Of a DNA stretch of 32,000 nucleotides, positions 16,188-27,062 are shown one piece after another. The notes below the pieces were generated by a model. It searched no databases. It was given only the letters and a program-made list of their open reading frames with translations, and had not been told where the DNA came from. The first letter of the stretch is position 1. Each line of letters starts with the position of its first letter. The position numbers were made by a program, and so were the translations under genes. Source of the stretch: Phycisphaera mikurensis NBRC 102666 (GTDB lineage Bacteria > Planctomycetota > Phycisphaerae > Phycisphaerales > Phycisphaeraceae); assembly GCF_000284115.1 (NCBI RefSeq), contig NC_017080.1:960001-992000 (forward strand), read 5' to 3'.

Positions 16188-17105
16188 ATGCCCGAACCCC
16201 GCCGCACCCCCGCGCTGCTCGCCGTCCTCCTCTCCGCCTCCGCGTGCCTGGGTCAAGCGTCGCCCGCCGCCGCCCTCGTGGTCGCCGGCGCCTCGCCGAC
16301 GGACCCGGCGCTGGCCGATGCGCTCGCCGCGATGGGGCGGTGGGAGGACGACGCCGCGGCCGTGGCCGTGGCTCCCGACTGGGTGCTGACCACGCGACAC
16401 CAGGGGTCGGCCTCCACCGTGACCTTCGGGGGCGTCGCGTACACGCCGCTCGCGAACACGCCCGGCGGGCCCGAGAACGTCCGCAACCTGGGGCAGGACC
16501 TCCGGCTCGTGCGGCTCGTCGACGCTTCGGGGGCGCCGGCGGCGCTCGCTTCCACGCTCTCGGTGGCCACGGGGCCCGTCACCGCCGGCACCCTCGTCAC
16601 GCTGGGCGGCTTCGGGCCGACCCGGGGCGGCTTCAACCAGGATGGTTTCGACTGGGCGGGCCCGCTCGGCAACGCCAACGGCCCGCTGGCGGGAACCAAC
16701 ACGCTGGTGCAGGTCGGCACGCTCGGCCCGTCCAGCGGCCCGTACGCCGGGATGGCGGCCCTCGCGGCCGTGTTCGACGAGCCCGGCGACGCGGGCGTTC
16801 TGCCCTCGGAGGCGACGGTCGCGCCGGGCGACTCGGGCGGCTTCTGGCTCGTGGGCGACGCGTTGAACGGCTACGAGATCGCCGGGCTCTCCCACGCCGT
16901 CGAACTCCGGAGCGAGCGGGACAACGATCCCGACCCGGCGGTCGTCGAGCGGCCCGCGTCGCAGGCGTTCTACTCGCAGGTCCTCCTCGCCGCGGACGCC
17001 ACGCCCTTCGCCTCGGAGATCAACGCCATCCCCGAGCCGGCCTCCGCGGCGTGGCTCGCCGGTGGCTTCGGTCTGCTCGCGAGGCGCCGCCGGCGCCACG
17101 CGTAG
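16188..17105 (+). CDS. Secreted trypsin-like serine protease domain protein with PEP-CTERM sorting signal
   Basis: Signal peptide MPEPRRTPALLAVLLSASACLGQASPAAA; VLTTRHQG, DLRLVRL and APGDSGGF as candidate His/Asp/Ser; C-terminus IPEPASAAWLAGGFGLLARRRRRHA. Confidence 0.85.
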   Translation: MPEPRRTPALLAVLLSASACLGQASPAAALVVAGASPTDPALADALAAMGRWEDDAAAVAVAPDWVLTTRHQGSASTVTFGGVAYTPLANTPGGPENVRNLGQDLRLVRLVDASGAPAALASTLSVATGPVTAGTLVTLGGFGPTRGGFNQDGFDWAGPLGNANGPLAGTNTLVQVGTLGPSSGPYAGMAALAAVFDEPGDAGVLPSEATVAPGDSGGFWLVGDALNGYEIAGLSHAVELRSERDNDPDPAVVERPASQAFYSQVLLAADATPFASEINAIPEPASAAWLAGGFGLLARRRRRHA

Positions 17106-17150
17106 AGTCGCTGCTTTCCCCTCCGCCCTCCCGAGAAAGTGACCCTCCCG

Positions 17151-17669
17151 ATGACCGAACGCGACGCCGCCGTGACGATGAAAGGCTCCCCCAAGACCCT
17201 CCTCGGAGACGAGTTGAAGGTCGGAGACCCCGCCCCCGCGTTCAAGCTCACCGCGGTCGACTTCTCCGAGAAGACCCTGCAGGACTACGCGGGCAAGGTG
17301 AAGCTGCTGGTGACGGTGCCCTCGCTGGACACCGACGTCTGCGACGCCGAGATCCGCCGGTTCAACCAGGAAGTGGGGGGGCTGGGTGATGGCGTCGTCA
17401 CGCTGGTCGCGAGCATGGACCTGCCGATGGCCCAGAAGCGCTGGTGCGGCCACGCCGAGGCTTCCAACGTCCACACGCTGTCCGACTTCATGGACCACGC
17501 CTTCGGCACCGCCTACGGCGTCCGGATCAAGGAGATGGGCCTGCTGGCCCGGACCGTGATGGTCATCGACAGGGACGACAAGCTCGCGTACGTGCAGGTC
17601 GTCAAGGACGTCGCCGACGAGCCGGACTACGACGCGGCCCTGGCCGCCGCGAAGTCCGCCGCGGCCTGA
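17151..17669 (+). CDS. tpx: Thiol peroxidase (atypical 2-Cys peroxiredoxin)
   Basis: VTMKGSPKTLLGDELKVGDPAPAFKLTAVD...VPSLDTDVCDAEIRRFN...SMDLPMAQKRWCGHAE matches the Tpx pattern with both cysteines. Confidence 0.93.
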   Translation: MTERDAAVTMKGSPKTLLGDELKVGDPAPAFKLTAVDFSEKTLQDYAGKVKLLVTVPSLDTDVCDAEIRRFNQEVGGLGDGVVTLVASMDLPMAQKRWCGHAEASNVHTLSDFMDHAFGTAYGVRIKEMGLLARTVMVIDRDDKLAYVQVVKDVADEPDYDAALAAAKSAAA

Positions 17670-18679
17670 TGACGCCCCGGCGTCTGGAGGACACGGCGGC
17701 GGGCGTCGCCGAGGCCGCCCGCCTGCTCGCCGCCGGCGGGCTCGTCGCGTTGCCGACGGAGACCGTCTACGGGCTCGCGGCCGACGCGCTGGACGCGGGC
17801 GCGGTGGCGCGGATCTTCGCGGCCAAGCAGCGGCCCCGCTTCGACCCGCTGATCGTCCACCTCGCCGACCCGCCCGCGGCGGGCCGGGACTTCTTCGGCG
17901 TGCTCGATGACCCGATCGCCGCCGCGCTCGCGGCGGGGGCCTGGCCGGGGCCGCTCACGCTGGTGGTGCCGAGGCCGGGGTGGATCCCGGGCATCGTGAC
18001 TTCCGGCCTCGACACGGTGGGCGTACGCGTGCCGGACCACGCCGCGACCCGGGCGGTCCTCCGCGGGCTCGACGCGGCGCGCCCCGGCCGCCCGGGGGCC
18101 GTCGCCGCGCCCTCGGCCAACCCCTTCGGCGGCGTGTCGCCCACGCGGGCGGAGCACGTCGCCGTGCCCTGCGACGCGGTGCTCGACGGCGGCCCGTGCC
18201 GCACCGGCGTGGAGAGCACCGTGGTCCGGACCACCGAGCGGGGCGTGCTGGTCCTGCGGTGGGGCGGTCTCACCGGTGAGCGGATCGCGGCGCTGCTCGC
18301 GGGCGCCGGCGTCCCGGCCCGGGTGGAAGAAGCCCGGCCCGGCGGCCCGCTCGCGAGCCCCGGGCGCCTGGAGCGCCACTACGCCCCGGGCACCCCGCTG
18401 CGGCTGCTCGCCGCGGGCGAGCCTTGGCCGCCGCCCGACCCGCGGGCGGGCGTCCTCGCCTTCGGGCCGTTCGATCCGGCCGGCTGGGGCGGCGAGGAGA
18501 ACCTCAGCCCCAGCGGCGACCTGGTGGAGGCCGCCGCCCGCCTCTTCGCGGCGGTGCGTCGCCTGGACGCGGCGGGCCTCGCCTCCCTCGTCGCCGCGCC
18601 CGTTCCCGACGCCGGGCTCGGCCGCGCCATCAACGACCGCCTTCGCCGCGCCGCGGACCCGGCGGCGGCTTCTTCGTGA
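17669..18679 (+). CDS. L-threonylcarbamoyladenylate synthase, Sua5/YrdC/TsaC type with C-terminal Sua5 domain
   Basis: GGLVALPTETVYGLAADALD...IFAAKQRPRFDPLIVH...PGPLTLVV...APSANPFGGVSPTRAEHV...GVESTVV followed by RLERHYAPGTPLRLL. ATGA overlap with tpx. Confidence 0.93.
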   Translation: MTPRRLEDTAAGVAEAARLLAAGGLVALPTETVYGLAADALDAGAVARIFAAKQRPRFDPLIVHLADPPAAGRDFFGVLDDPIAAALAAGAWPGPLTLVVPRPGWIPGIVTSGLDTVGVRVPDHAATRAVLRGLDAARPGRPGAVAAPSANPFGGVSPTRAEHVAVPCDAVLDGGPCRTGVESTVVRTTERGVLVLRWGGLTGERIAALLAGAGVPARVEEARPGGPLASPGRLERHYAPGTPLRLLAAGEPWPPPDPRAGVLAFGPFDPAGWGGEENLSPSGDLVEAAARLFAAVRRLDAAGLASLVAAPVPDAGLGRAINDRLRRAADPAAASS

Positions 18680-18770
18680 TGCCGAGACATCCACTGCGAC
18701 GCGGCCGGCGCCGGGCGGCGAGGCCCCGTCCTGCCGCGGCGGGCCGCTCACGCGGATCGACGCCGCCGTG

Positions 18771-18799
18771 TTGACGGCCGCGAGCCGCCTCGGTAACCT
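18771..18799 (+). promoter_or_regulatory. Candidate sigma-70 promoter of the rplK-rplA-rplJ-rplL cluster: TTGACG-N17-TAACCT
   Basis: TTGACG at 18771-18776, 17-nt spacer, TAACCT at 18794-18799, about 170 nt upstream of rplK. Confidence 0.6.
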
Positions 18800-18966
18800 C
18801 CCGCGTTCGCCGGCGGGTCCGCCCCGTCGCGTGGGCTGTTCTGCCGCTCCCCGGCGTCGCGTCGGGCGGGGTGGCCGACCGAATCGAAGCCCAAGCTCAA
18901 GCCCGAGCGCGAACCCGAACTCAAGCCCGGGCAACCCGCAACGCCCCCCAGGAAGGTCCCCCCGCC

Positions 18967-19401
18967 GTGGCCAAGAAGAAGGAAATCACCAAGGTCTTCA
19001 AGATCCAGGCCCCCGGCGGCCAGGCCACCCCGGCCCCGCCGATCGGCCCCGCCCTGGGCGCCAACGGCGTGAACCCGGGCCAGTTCATCCAGCAGTTCAA
19101 CGAGGCCACCCGCCAGCTCAACGGCATGGTCGTCGGCTGCGTGATCACGGTCTACAAGGACCGCAGCTTCGAGTTCGAGCTCAAGGCGCCGCCCGTGGCG
19201 GAGCTCATCAAGGCCGAGCTGGGTGTGAAGGGCGGCTCCGGGGAACCCAACAAGAACAAGATCGGCAACCTCACCGCCGCGCAGGTCACCAAGATCGCCG
19301 AGGAGAAGAAGAAGGAGCTCACCGGCCACACGCTCGCGGCGATGGAGCAGACCGTCCGCGGCACGGCCCGCAGCATGGGCGTCACCTGCGACGCGGCCTG
19401 A
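18967..19401 (+). CDS. rplK: 50S ribosomal protein L11
   Basis: GTG start; VAKKKEITKVFKIQAPGGQATPAPPIGPALGANGVNPGQFIQQFNEAT...GTARSMGVTC. Confidence 0.98.
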   Translation: MAKKKEITKVFKIQAPGGQATPAPPIGPALGANGVNPGQFIQQFNEATRQLNGMVVGCVITVYKDRSFEFELKAPPVAELIKAELGVKGGSGEPNKNKIGNLTAAQVTKIAEEKKKELTGHTLAAMEQTVRGTARSMGVTCDAA

Positions 19402-19471
19402 AGCCGCGACCGGATCCGTGGCTGAGGAGCCGCGGCGTCCGCTTTGGGGTTTACCACGCGCCCTTTGTCGA

Positions 19472-19517
19472 GCGTGGGAGTCGAGAGGCCGGTCCATCGG
19501 GCCGGATGCTCCGACGC
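19472..19517 (+). promoter_or_regulatory. Candidate L1-binding autoregulatory structure between rplK and rplA
   Basis: GCGTGGGAG...CTCCGACGC helix (GCGT/ACGC and GGAG/CTCC around a G-G mismatch) enclosing an inner CCGG/CCGG pairing, placed before rplA. It resembles the GUGGGAG...-containing L1 region of 23S rRNA. Confidence 0.35.
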
Positions 19518-19542
19518 ACACCTTCGTGAAGGAGCCGCCGCC

Positions 19543-20232
19543 ATGGCCGGCAAGCGTTACCGCTCGGATCTCGAGAAGGCCACCACCGACCCCGTGCCGC
19601 TGATCGAAGCGGTCAACCGGGTCAAGGCCATGAAGAAGCTGAAGTTCGATCAGACGATCAACCTCTGCGTCCACCTCGGCATCGACCCCAAGCAGGCCGA
19701 CCAGCAGCTGCGGGGGGCGATCTCGTTGCCCAACGGCATCGGCGGCGACCCCAAGCGGGTCGTGGCCTTCGTCGCTCCCGAGAAGGAGGAGGCCGCCAAG
19801 GAGGCCGGCGCGATCCGCGCCGGCTCCGAAGACCTCGTCAAGGAGATCGAGGGCGGCTGGCAGGCCTTCGACGTCGCCATCGCCGAGCCGGCGATGATGC
19901 GGGTGGTCGCCCGCCTCGGCAAGGTGCTCGGCCCCCGCGGCCTGATGCCCTCGCCCAAGGCCGGCACCGTGACGCCCAACGTGGCGCAGGCCGTGAAGGA
20001 GTTCGTCGCGGGCAAGGTGGAGTACCGCAACGACGACGGCGGCAACATCCACGTCGTCATCGGTCGCCAGAGCTTCGAGCCCGGCCAGCTGGCCGAGAAC
20101 GCGCAGGCGATGATCGACCACCTCAGCGGCCGCAAGCCGTCGTCCTCCAAGGGCGTGTACTTCAAGAAGGCCACGATCGCCGGCACGATGACCCCCGGCG
20201 TGGCCGTCCAGCTCGCCGCCGCCGCGGACTGA
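19543..20232 (+). CDS. rplA: 50S ribosomal protein L1
   Basis: MAGKRYRSDLEKATTDPVPLIEAVNRVKAMKKLKFDQTINLCVHLGIDPKQADQQLRGAISLPNGIG...ARLGKVLGPRGLMPSPKAGTVT. Confidence 0.98.
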   Translation: MAGKRYRSDLEKATTDPVPLIEAVNRVKAMKKLKFDQTINLCVHLGIDPKQADQQLRGAISLPNGIGGDPKRVVAFVAPEKEEAAKEAGAIRAGSEDLVKEIEGGWQAFDVAIAEPAMMRVVARLGKVLGPRGLMPSPKAGTVTPNVAQAVKEFVAGKVEYRNDDGGNIHVVIGRQSFEPGQLAENAQAMIDHLSGRKPSSSKGVYFKKATIAGTMTPGVAVQLAAAAD

Positions 20233-20319
20233 AGCCCTCCCCCTCCTTCCCCCACCCCGCGGCGGCCCGGCCTCCGCTCACAGGGGCGGCCCGGCCCGCC
20301 CCGGAACAGGACCGACACC

Positions 20320-20871
20320 ATGTCGAAGCCCGTCAAGAACCTGATCACCGACCAGTACCGCGAGCTGTTCAAGGACGTCGGCGGCGCCGTCGTCGTCGAC
20401 ATCCGCGGCATCCCCGCGAACACGACCAACGCGATGCGTGCGGACCTCGCGTCCAAGAACATCAAGGTCACCATCGTCAAGAACTCGCTCGCCAAGCGGG
20501 CTTGGGACGGCCACGCCCTCGAGCCCATGGGCGACTACCTCGACGGCGCCTGCACCGTCGTGTACCCCACCGACGAGAACGCTTCGGCCGTGGTGGTCGC
20601 CCGCGAGCTGGTCGACTGGGCCAAGAAGGAGAAGAAGATCCAGTTCCGCGGCGCGGTGCTCGACGGCCTCAAGTTCGGCCCCGAGGAGATCACCCGGCTC
20701 TCGGAGTTCCCGACCAAGGCCGAGGCCCAGGCCACGGTGGTCACGCTGCTGCTCTCGCCGGCCAAGAACCTGGTCGGCGCCACCCTGGCCCCCGCCCGCA
20801 ACATCGCCGGCATCCTCAAGACCGTCCAGGAGAAGCTCGAAGCCGGCGAAACCCTCGCCAAGGCCGGCTGA
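20320..20871 (+). CDS. rplJ: 50S ribosomal protein L10
   Basis: MSKPVKNLITDQYRELFKDVGGAVVVDIRGIPANTTNAMRADLASKNIKVTIVKNSLAKRAWDG..., positioned between rplA and rplL. Confidence 0.95.
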   Translation: MSKPVKNLITDQYRELFKDVGGAVVVDIRGIPANTTNAMRADLASKNIKVTIVKNSLAKRAWDGHALEPMGDYLDGACTVVYPTDENASAVVVARELVDWAKKEKKIQFRGAVLDGLKFGPEEITRLSEFPTKAEAQATVVTLLLSPAKNLVGATLAPARNIAGILKTVQEKLEAGETLAKAG

Positions 20872-21030
20872 GCGGTCGCGGAGCGGTCGGCTCCTCCCCG
20901 CCGGTCTCCTCTGCTTCTTCCTTGTTCCCTCCCCCGCTTTCCCCACCCGCGATGCGACTGGCCCCTCGGGGTTAAAGAACCGGCGTTCGGTGACCTCTCG
21001 CATCCGCCTCTTCCGAAAGAAGAACCCCCC

Positions 21031-21420
21031 ATGGCCGAAGTCGCCGACAACATCAAGCAGCTCGCCGAGAGCATCGTTTCGCTCACCCTCAAGGACGCGG
21101 TCGACCTGGCCGACTACCTGAAGGAGGAGTACAACATCGAGCCCGCCGCCGGAGGCGGCGGGATGATGATGGCCGCGGCCGCCGGTGGCGGCGAGGAGGC
21201 CGAGGAGAAGACCGAGTTCGACGTGGTCCTCAAGGCCGCCGGCGCCAACAAGATCCAGGCGATCAAGACCGTCCGGGAGATCACCGGCCTCGGCCTCAAG
21301 GAGGCCAAGGAGATGGTCGAGTCGGCCCCGAAGCCCATCAAGGAGGGCGTCGACAAGGAGACCGCCGACGGCATCGTCGAGAAGCTCAAGGCCGCCGGCG
21401 CCGAGGTCGAGCTCAAGTAA
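21031..21420 (+). CDS. rplL: 50S ribosomal protein L7/L12
   Basis: [72 protein letters not shown]. Confidence 0.98.
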   Translation: MAEVADNIKQLAESIVSLTLKDAVDLADYLKEEYNIEPAAGGGGMMMAAAAGGGEEAEEKTEFDVVLKAAGANKIQAIKTVREITGLGLKEAKEMVESAPKPIKEGVDKETADGIVEKLKAAGAEVELK

Positions 21421-21435
21421 GCCACCGGCTCGCTT

Positions 21436-21456
21436 CCCCGCGGCGTCGCCGCGGGG
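21436..21456 (+). terminator. Hairpin downstream of rplL
   Basis: CCCCGCGGC-GTC-GCCGCGGGG, 9-bp perfect stem, starting 16 nt after the rplL stop. No clear U-tract. Confidence 0.45.
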
Positions 21457-21585
21457 TCGCATCCGCACCGCGGGCCTCACCCGGCCTACGGTGCTTTTCC
21501 CTCCCGGCCGGGCCCCCCGGTCATCCCTCAGAAACTCCAGCCCCTGCGCCGCGTGCCGGTCCGGGGGCGTAGCCCCCGGAAGATC

Positions 21586-21855
21586 ATGCCCCGCGTCTGC
21601 GACTACACCGGCAAGAAGACCAGCACCGGCTTCCAGTACACGCTGCGTGGCCGCAAGAAGTACCTCGGCGGCGTGGGCACCAAGGTCACCGGCAAGACCA
21701 AGCGGACCTTCAAGCCGAACATCCAGACGATCCGGGCCGTGGACGAGAACGGCGTCGTCCGCCGCGTCAAGGCTTCGACGCGTGCCATCCGCAACGGCTT
21801 GATCACCAAGCCGCTCTCGCGGAAGCTCTCGTACACCGACAAGCAGGACGGCTGA
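21586..21855 (+). CDS. rpmB: 50S ribosomal protein L28
   Basis: MPRVCDYTGKKTSTGFQYTLRGRKKYLGGVGTKVTGKTKRTFKPNIQTIRAVDENGVVRRVKASTRAIRNGLI matches L28. Confidence 0.9.
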   Translation: MPRVCDYTGKKTSTGFQYTLRGRKKYLGGVGTKVTGKTKRTFKPNIQTIRAVDENGVVRRVKASTRAIRNGLITKPLSRKLSYTDKQDG

Positions 21856-21862
21856 TCTCCCC

Positions 21863-21904
21863 CTGCAAGGCGGATCGAGGCTTCATCGAATCCGCCGCTT
21901 GCAG
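21863..21904 (+). terminator. Imperfect hairpin 3' of rpmB
   Basis: CTGCAAG.CGGAT...ATCCG.CTTGCAG inverted repeat a few nt after the rpmB stop. Confidence 0.45.
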
Positions 21905-21935
21905 CAGCTTCCGGCGGCGTTCCGGCCGCGTGCAC

Positions 21936-21970
21936 GCGGCAGTGGAGCGTCCGTGTCGCTCCATTGCCGC
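21936..21970. promoter_or_regulatory. 14-bp stem hairpin upstream of dnaG
   Basis: GCGGCAGTGGAGCG-TCCGTGT-CGCTCCATTGCCGC, with one G-U wobble and a 7-nt loop. Confidence 0.5.
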
Positions 21971-22073
21971 TCCAGGGTGAACCGCGACCACGGACGCCGA
22001 CGGCGGTCGAGCGTAGCGGGCGCCCGACCCCGCGGAGCCGAATCCCTTTCGCACCTCAGCTCGCGGAGCGAAG

Positions 22074-24200
22074 ATGAACAACGACCGGGAGCGTGTGCTG
22101 GCGGCGACGGATCTCGTCGCGCTGATCGGCGAGTTCGTGGCGTTGCGGCCGCAGGGCCGCGAGTTCGTCGGGCTGTGCCCCTTCCACGACGACAAGAAAC
22201 CCTCGATGGGGGTCTCGCCCGCGAAGCAGATCTTCAAGTGCTTCCCTTGCGGGGCCGGGGGCACCGCCTTCGACTTCGTGATGCGGTACCACAAGCTCGA
22301 GTTCGTGGAGGCGCTGGAGTTCCTCGCCCAGCGCAGCGGCGTCGAGCTGACGCCCTGGAAGCCGCGGACCGCCGGCTCTTTGGGCTCCAGGAGCCCGCGG
22401 TCCGCGGATTCGGCTCCCGAGGAGGAGGCGGCGCCGAGGGAGTCGCCGCGGCGTCGGCTGACCAGAGCCTGCGGGCAGGCCCAGGCCTTCTTCCAGGCGA
22501 TGCTGAAGCACGAGGTGCACGGGGCGGCGGCCCGGGCGGTCCTCCAAGCCCGCGGGATCTCGGCGGAGTCCGTCGAGCGGTTCGGCCTCGGCGCCGCACC
22601 GGACCGCTGGGACGGGCTGGAGCGGATGGTCGCCAGCAAGGCTTGGGACGCCGAGGCGTTCGCCGCCGCCGGCCTCGTCCGCGCCCGCGACAAGAGCAGA
22701 CGCGACGCCGTCGACCTCTCCGCGGGAGCCCCCGCCGCCGCCGCCGTCGCCGACGGTGGCAGCTTCGACATGCTCCGGCACCGGCTGGTCTTCCCGATCG
22801 CGGACGCGCTCGGCCGGCCGGTCGCTTTCGGCGGCCGGAAGATCCGCGAGGAGGACGACCCGAAGTACCTCAACACGCCCGAGAGCGACGTCTTCCACAA
22901 GCAGCGGACGCTGTACGGCCTGCACCTGGCGAAGCAGAAGATCCTCGAGACCCGCACGGCGGTGCTGGTCGAGGGGTACACCGACGTGGTCGCCTGCCAC
23001 CAGGCCGGGGCGACCAACGTCGTCGCCGCGCTGGGGACCGCGTTGACGCCCGGCCACGCCGGCGTGCTCCGCCGCTTCTGCGACCGGGTCGTGCTCGTGA
23101 TGGACGGCGACGCGGCGGGGCAGTCCGCGGCCGACCGGGCGATCGAGACCTTCCTGACCGCCGACCTCGACGTCGCGCTCGCCGCGCTGCCCGACGGCCT
23201 TGATCCCGACGAGCTGCTCAAGGAGCGCGGCCTGGACGCTTGGAATCGGGCCGTCGGCTCGGCGCAGGACGCGCTGGCCTGGCAGCTGGACAAGCTCGCA
23301 GCGACGCTCGGCGGCGACGCGACGGTGACCGGACGGCAGAAACTCGCCGAGGCGTTCCTCCAGCGGATGGCCGACGCCGGGCTCGCGAAGGCGTCGCCGC
23401 TGCGCCGGGCGTTCCTGCACGAGCGGCTTGGGGAGCTGCTGCACGTGCCCGGCGACGCGATCGGCGGGATGATCGACCGGCTCCCCGCCCGGGCCGCCGC
23501 CTACGAGCCGGCGCCCGAGCCCGATCCCGGCGAGTACGCGATGTACGTGCAGGGCAGCGAGGACCGGGAGGACGAGCCGCCGATGCCGCCGGAGGGCTGG
23601 GAGGAGGCGGGCGCGGCCACCGAGCAGGCCGCGACGCCTGCGCCGGTGAGCCCGGTTCGGGCGCCTACGCTCCGGGCGGTCCGGGCGGCGGAGCTCGGGG
23701 TGCTGGCCGCGCTCGCCAGCCGAACGGCGCTCTTCGACGCGACGCTGCCGGGGGGGACCCCGGTCGACGAGGCCCTGACCCCGGCGGACTTCGTGACGCC
23801 GGGCCACCGCCGGGTGTTCCAGGTGCTCTTCGATCGGCTCTGCCGCGGGGAGCGGCCCAGCCTGGCGGGTCTGGTGGCGGGGATCGACGACCCGCAGGAC
23901 CGCGGGCTGCTGCTGGAAGCCGAGGCCGCGGAGGGGATCGGCGACGCGGACGACGCCTCCGCCCTCGCCGTCCTGGAGCAGTCCGCCACCGCCCTCATCG
24001 CCCACCGCCGCCGCGCCGCCCGCCGCCTCGACACCGCCCGCGTCCTCGCCGAGCTGCGGGACGACCCGCCCGCCGACCCCGCCGATCCCGCCACCGCCCA
24101 AGCCGACGCCGCTCGGCTCGACCGCCTCGAGAAGCTCCGCCTGCTGATGGCCGAAGGCCAAGCCCCCACCCGCATCACCCGCCTCCGCCCCTCGCGCTAA
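22074..24200 (+). CDS. dnaG: DNA primase
   Basis: [57 protein letters not shown] zinc-binding domain, then FGGRKI...[43 protein letters not shown] (TOPRIM). Confidence 0.97.
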   Translation: MNNDRERVLAATDLVALIGEFVALRPQGREFVGLCPFHDDKKPSMGVSPAKQIFKCFPCGAGGTAFDFVMRYHKLEFVEALEFLAQRSGVELTPWKPRTAGSLGSRSPRSADSAPEEEAAPRESPRRRLTRACGQAQAFFQAMLKHEVHGAAARAVLQARGISAESVERFGLGAAPDRWDGLERMVASKAWDAEAFAAAGLVRARDKSRRDAVDLSAGAPAAAAVADGGSFDMLRHRLVFPIADALGRPVAFGGRKIREEDDPKYLNTPESDVFHKQRTLYGLHLAKQKILETRTAVLVEGYTDVVACHQAGATNVVAALGTALTPGHAGVLRRFCDRVVLVMDGDAAGQSAADRAIETFLTADLDVALAALPDGLDPDELLKERGLDAWNRAVGSAQDALAWQLDKLAATLGGDATVTGRQKLAEAFLQRMADAGLAKASPLRRAFLHERLGELLHVPGDAIGGMIDRLPARAAAYEPAPEPDPGEYAMYVQGSEDREDEPPMPPEGWEEAGAATEQAATPAPVSPVRAPTLRAVRAAELGVLAALASRTALFDATLPGGTPVDEALTPADFVTPGHRRVFQVLFDRLCRGERPSLAGLVAGIDDPQDRGLLLEAEAAEGIGDADDASALAVLEQSATALIAHRRRAARRLDTARVLAELRDDPPADPADPATAQADAARLDRLEKLRLLMAEGQAPTRITRLRPSR
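22362..22407. repeat. Dispersed 46-nt palindromic element, copy 3, inside the dnaG coding sequence
   Basis: CCGCGGACCGC (22362-22372), 24-nt spacer containing GGGCTCC-A-GGAGCCC, GCGGTCCGCGG (22397-22407). Confidence 0.85.
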
Positions 24201-24348
24201 GCCCGTCCGGCCCCGCTGGACCCCGGCCGCCGATCCCCGGGGACGCAGCCGCGGGCGACCCCCGCTTTCCCGGGGCCGATCCGCCCGGAGCGGCCGGCGC
24301 CGCCGCGAACCGGACCCCGACCCCGAACCCGCACGCTTCGAGAAAACC

Positions 24349-26268
<1,920 letters not shown>

Positions 26269-26351
26269 GGTGCGCCGGCGCCCGGCCGGGCAGGCCACGG
26301 GGTTTCCCGGGGGCTCCTGAAGCGGCGGGTCGATCCGGCCGATGCGGCAGC

Positions 26352-27020
26352 ATGGCGCTGTGGAACGCGATCCCGCGGTTGAACCGGCTCGGTGCGGTCT
26401 CCAAGGCGGCGGAGGCGTCGATGCCGCGGCGGGTGCCACGTCATCCCGCCAAGAGCGGGCTGAAGACTTCGCTGGGCCGGGCGGTCGATCTGTCCGCGGG
26501 CGGGGCACGCATTCGCTGCGAGGACCGGCCGGAGGTCCTGCGGGACGCCGCGCTGCAGCTGGAGCTCTACCTGGTGACCGGCTCGGAGGTCGTCAACGCC
26601 CGGGTCTGCTGGATCCGGCGGTGCGGCTTCGTGAAGGGGCATTGGGAGGTGGGTTTGAAGTTCATCGCCGTGCCCCCGGGCCAGCAGAAGCGGCTGGCCC
26701 ACGTGGCGGAGAAGGGCTTCCTCCCGCCGCCGGCGGAGGCCGCTTCCGCGGAGCCCCGAGGGCCGCAGGCCGCGCAAGCGGCGGGCGTCGACCCGGTGAT
26801 GGCGGCGCTGCGGGAGGACTTCGAGGAGCTGGGTCTGGCCCCCGACGCCTCGGCCGAGGACGTCCGCGGGGCGCACCGCCGGCTCGTCCGCGTGTGTCAC
26901 CCCGACGTCGCGCCCGGAACGGACGCGAAGGACCACTTCCTCCGCCTCCAAGCCTCCTACCAGCGGATCACCGACGCGATGCGGGAGCGGGACGAGCACC
27001 GCGCGGCGACCGCCGCCTGA
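26352..27020 (+). CDS. PilZ domain protein fused to a C-terminal J (DnaJ) domain
   Basis: RRVPRHPAKSGLKTSLGRAVDLSAGGARIRCED... (PilZ-type) and EELGLAPDASAEDVRGAHRRLVRVCHPDVAPGTDAKDHFLRLQASYQRI (J domain with HPD). Confidence 0.8.
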   Translation: MALWNAIPRLNRLGAVSKAAEASMPRRVPRHPAKSGLKTSLGRAVDLSAGGARIRCEDRPEVLRDAALQLELYLVTGSEVVNARVCWIRRCGFVKGHWEVGLKFIAVPPGQQKRLAHVAEKGFLPPPAEAASAEPRGPQAAQAAGVDPVMAALREDFEELGLAPDASAEDVRGAHRRLVRVCHPDVAPGTDAKDHFLRLQASYQRITDAMRERDEHRAATAA

Positions 27021-27062
27021 AGGCCGGGCCGGGTGCTCCGGCGCGGCGGTAGGCTCGCGCCC

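Noticed and set aside
18646-18680. Possible fifth copy of the palindromic element (CCGCGGACC... at the end of the Sua5 gene)
   Set aside because: Only a partial left arm is present and no matching right arm at the 24-nt spacing.
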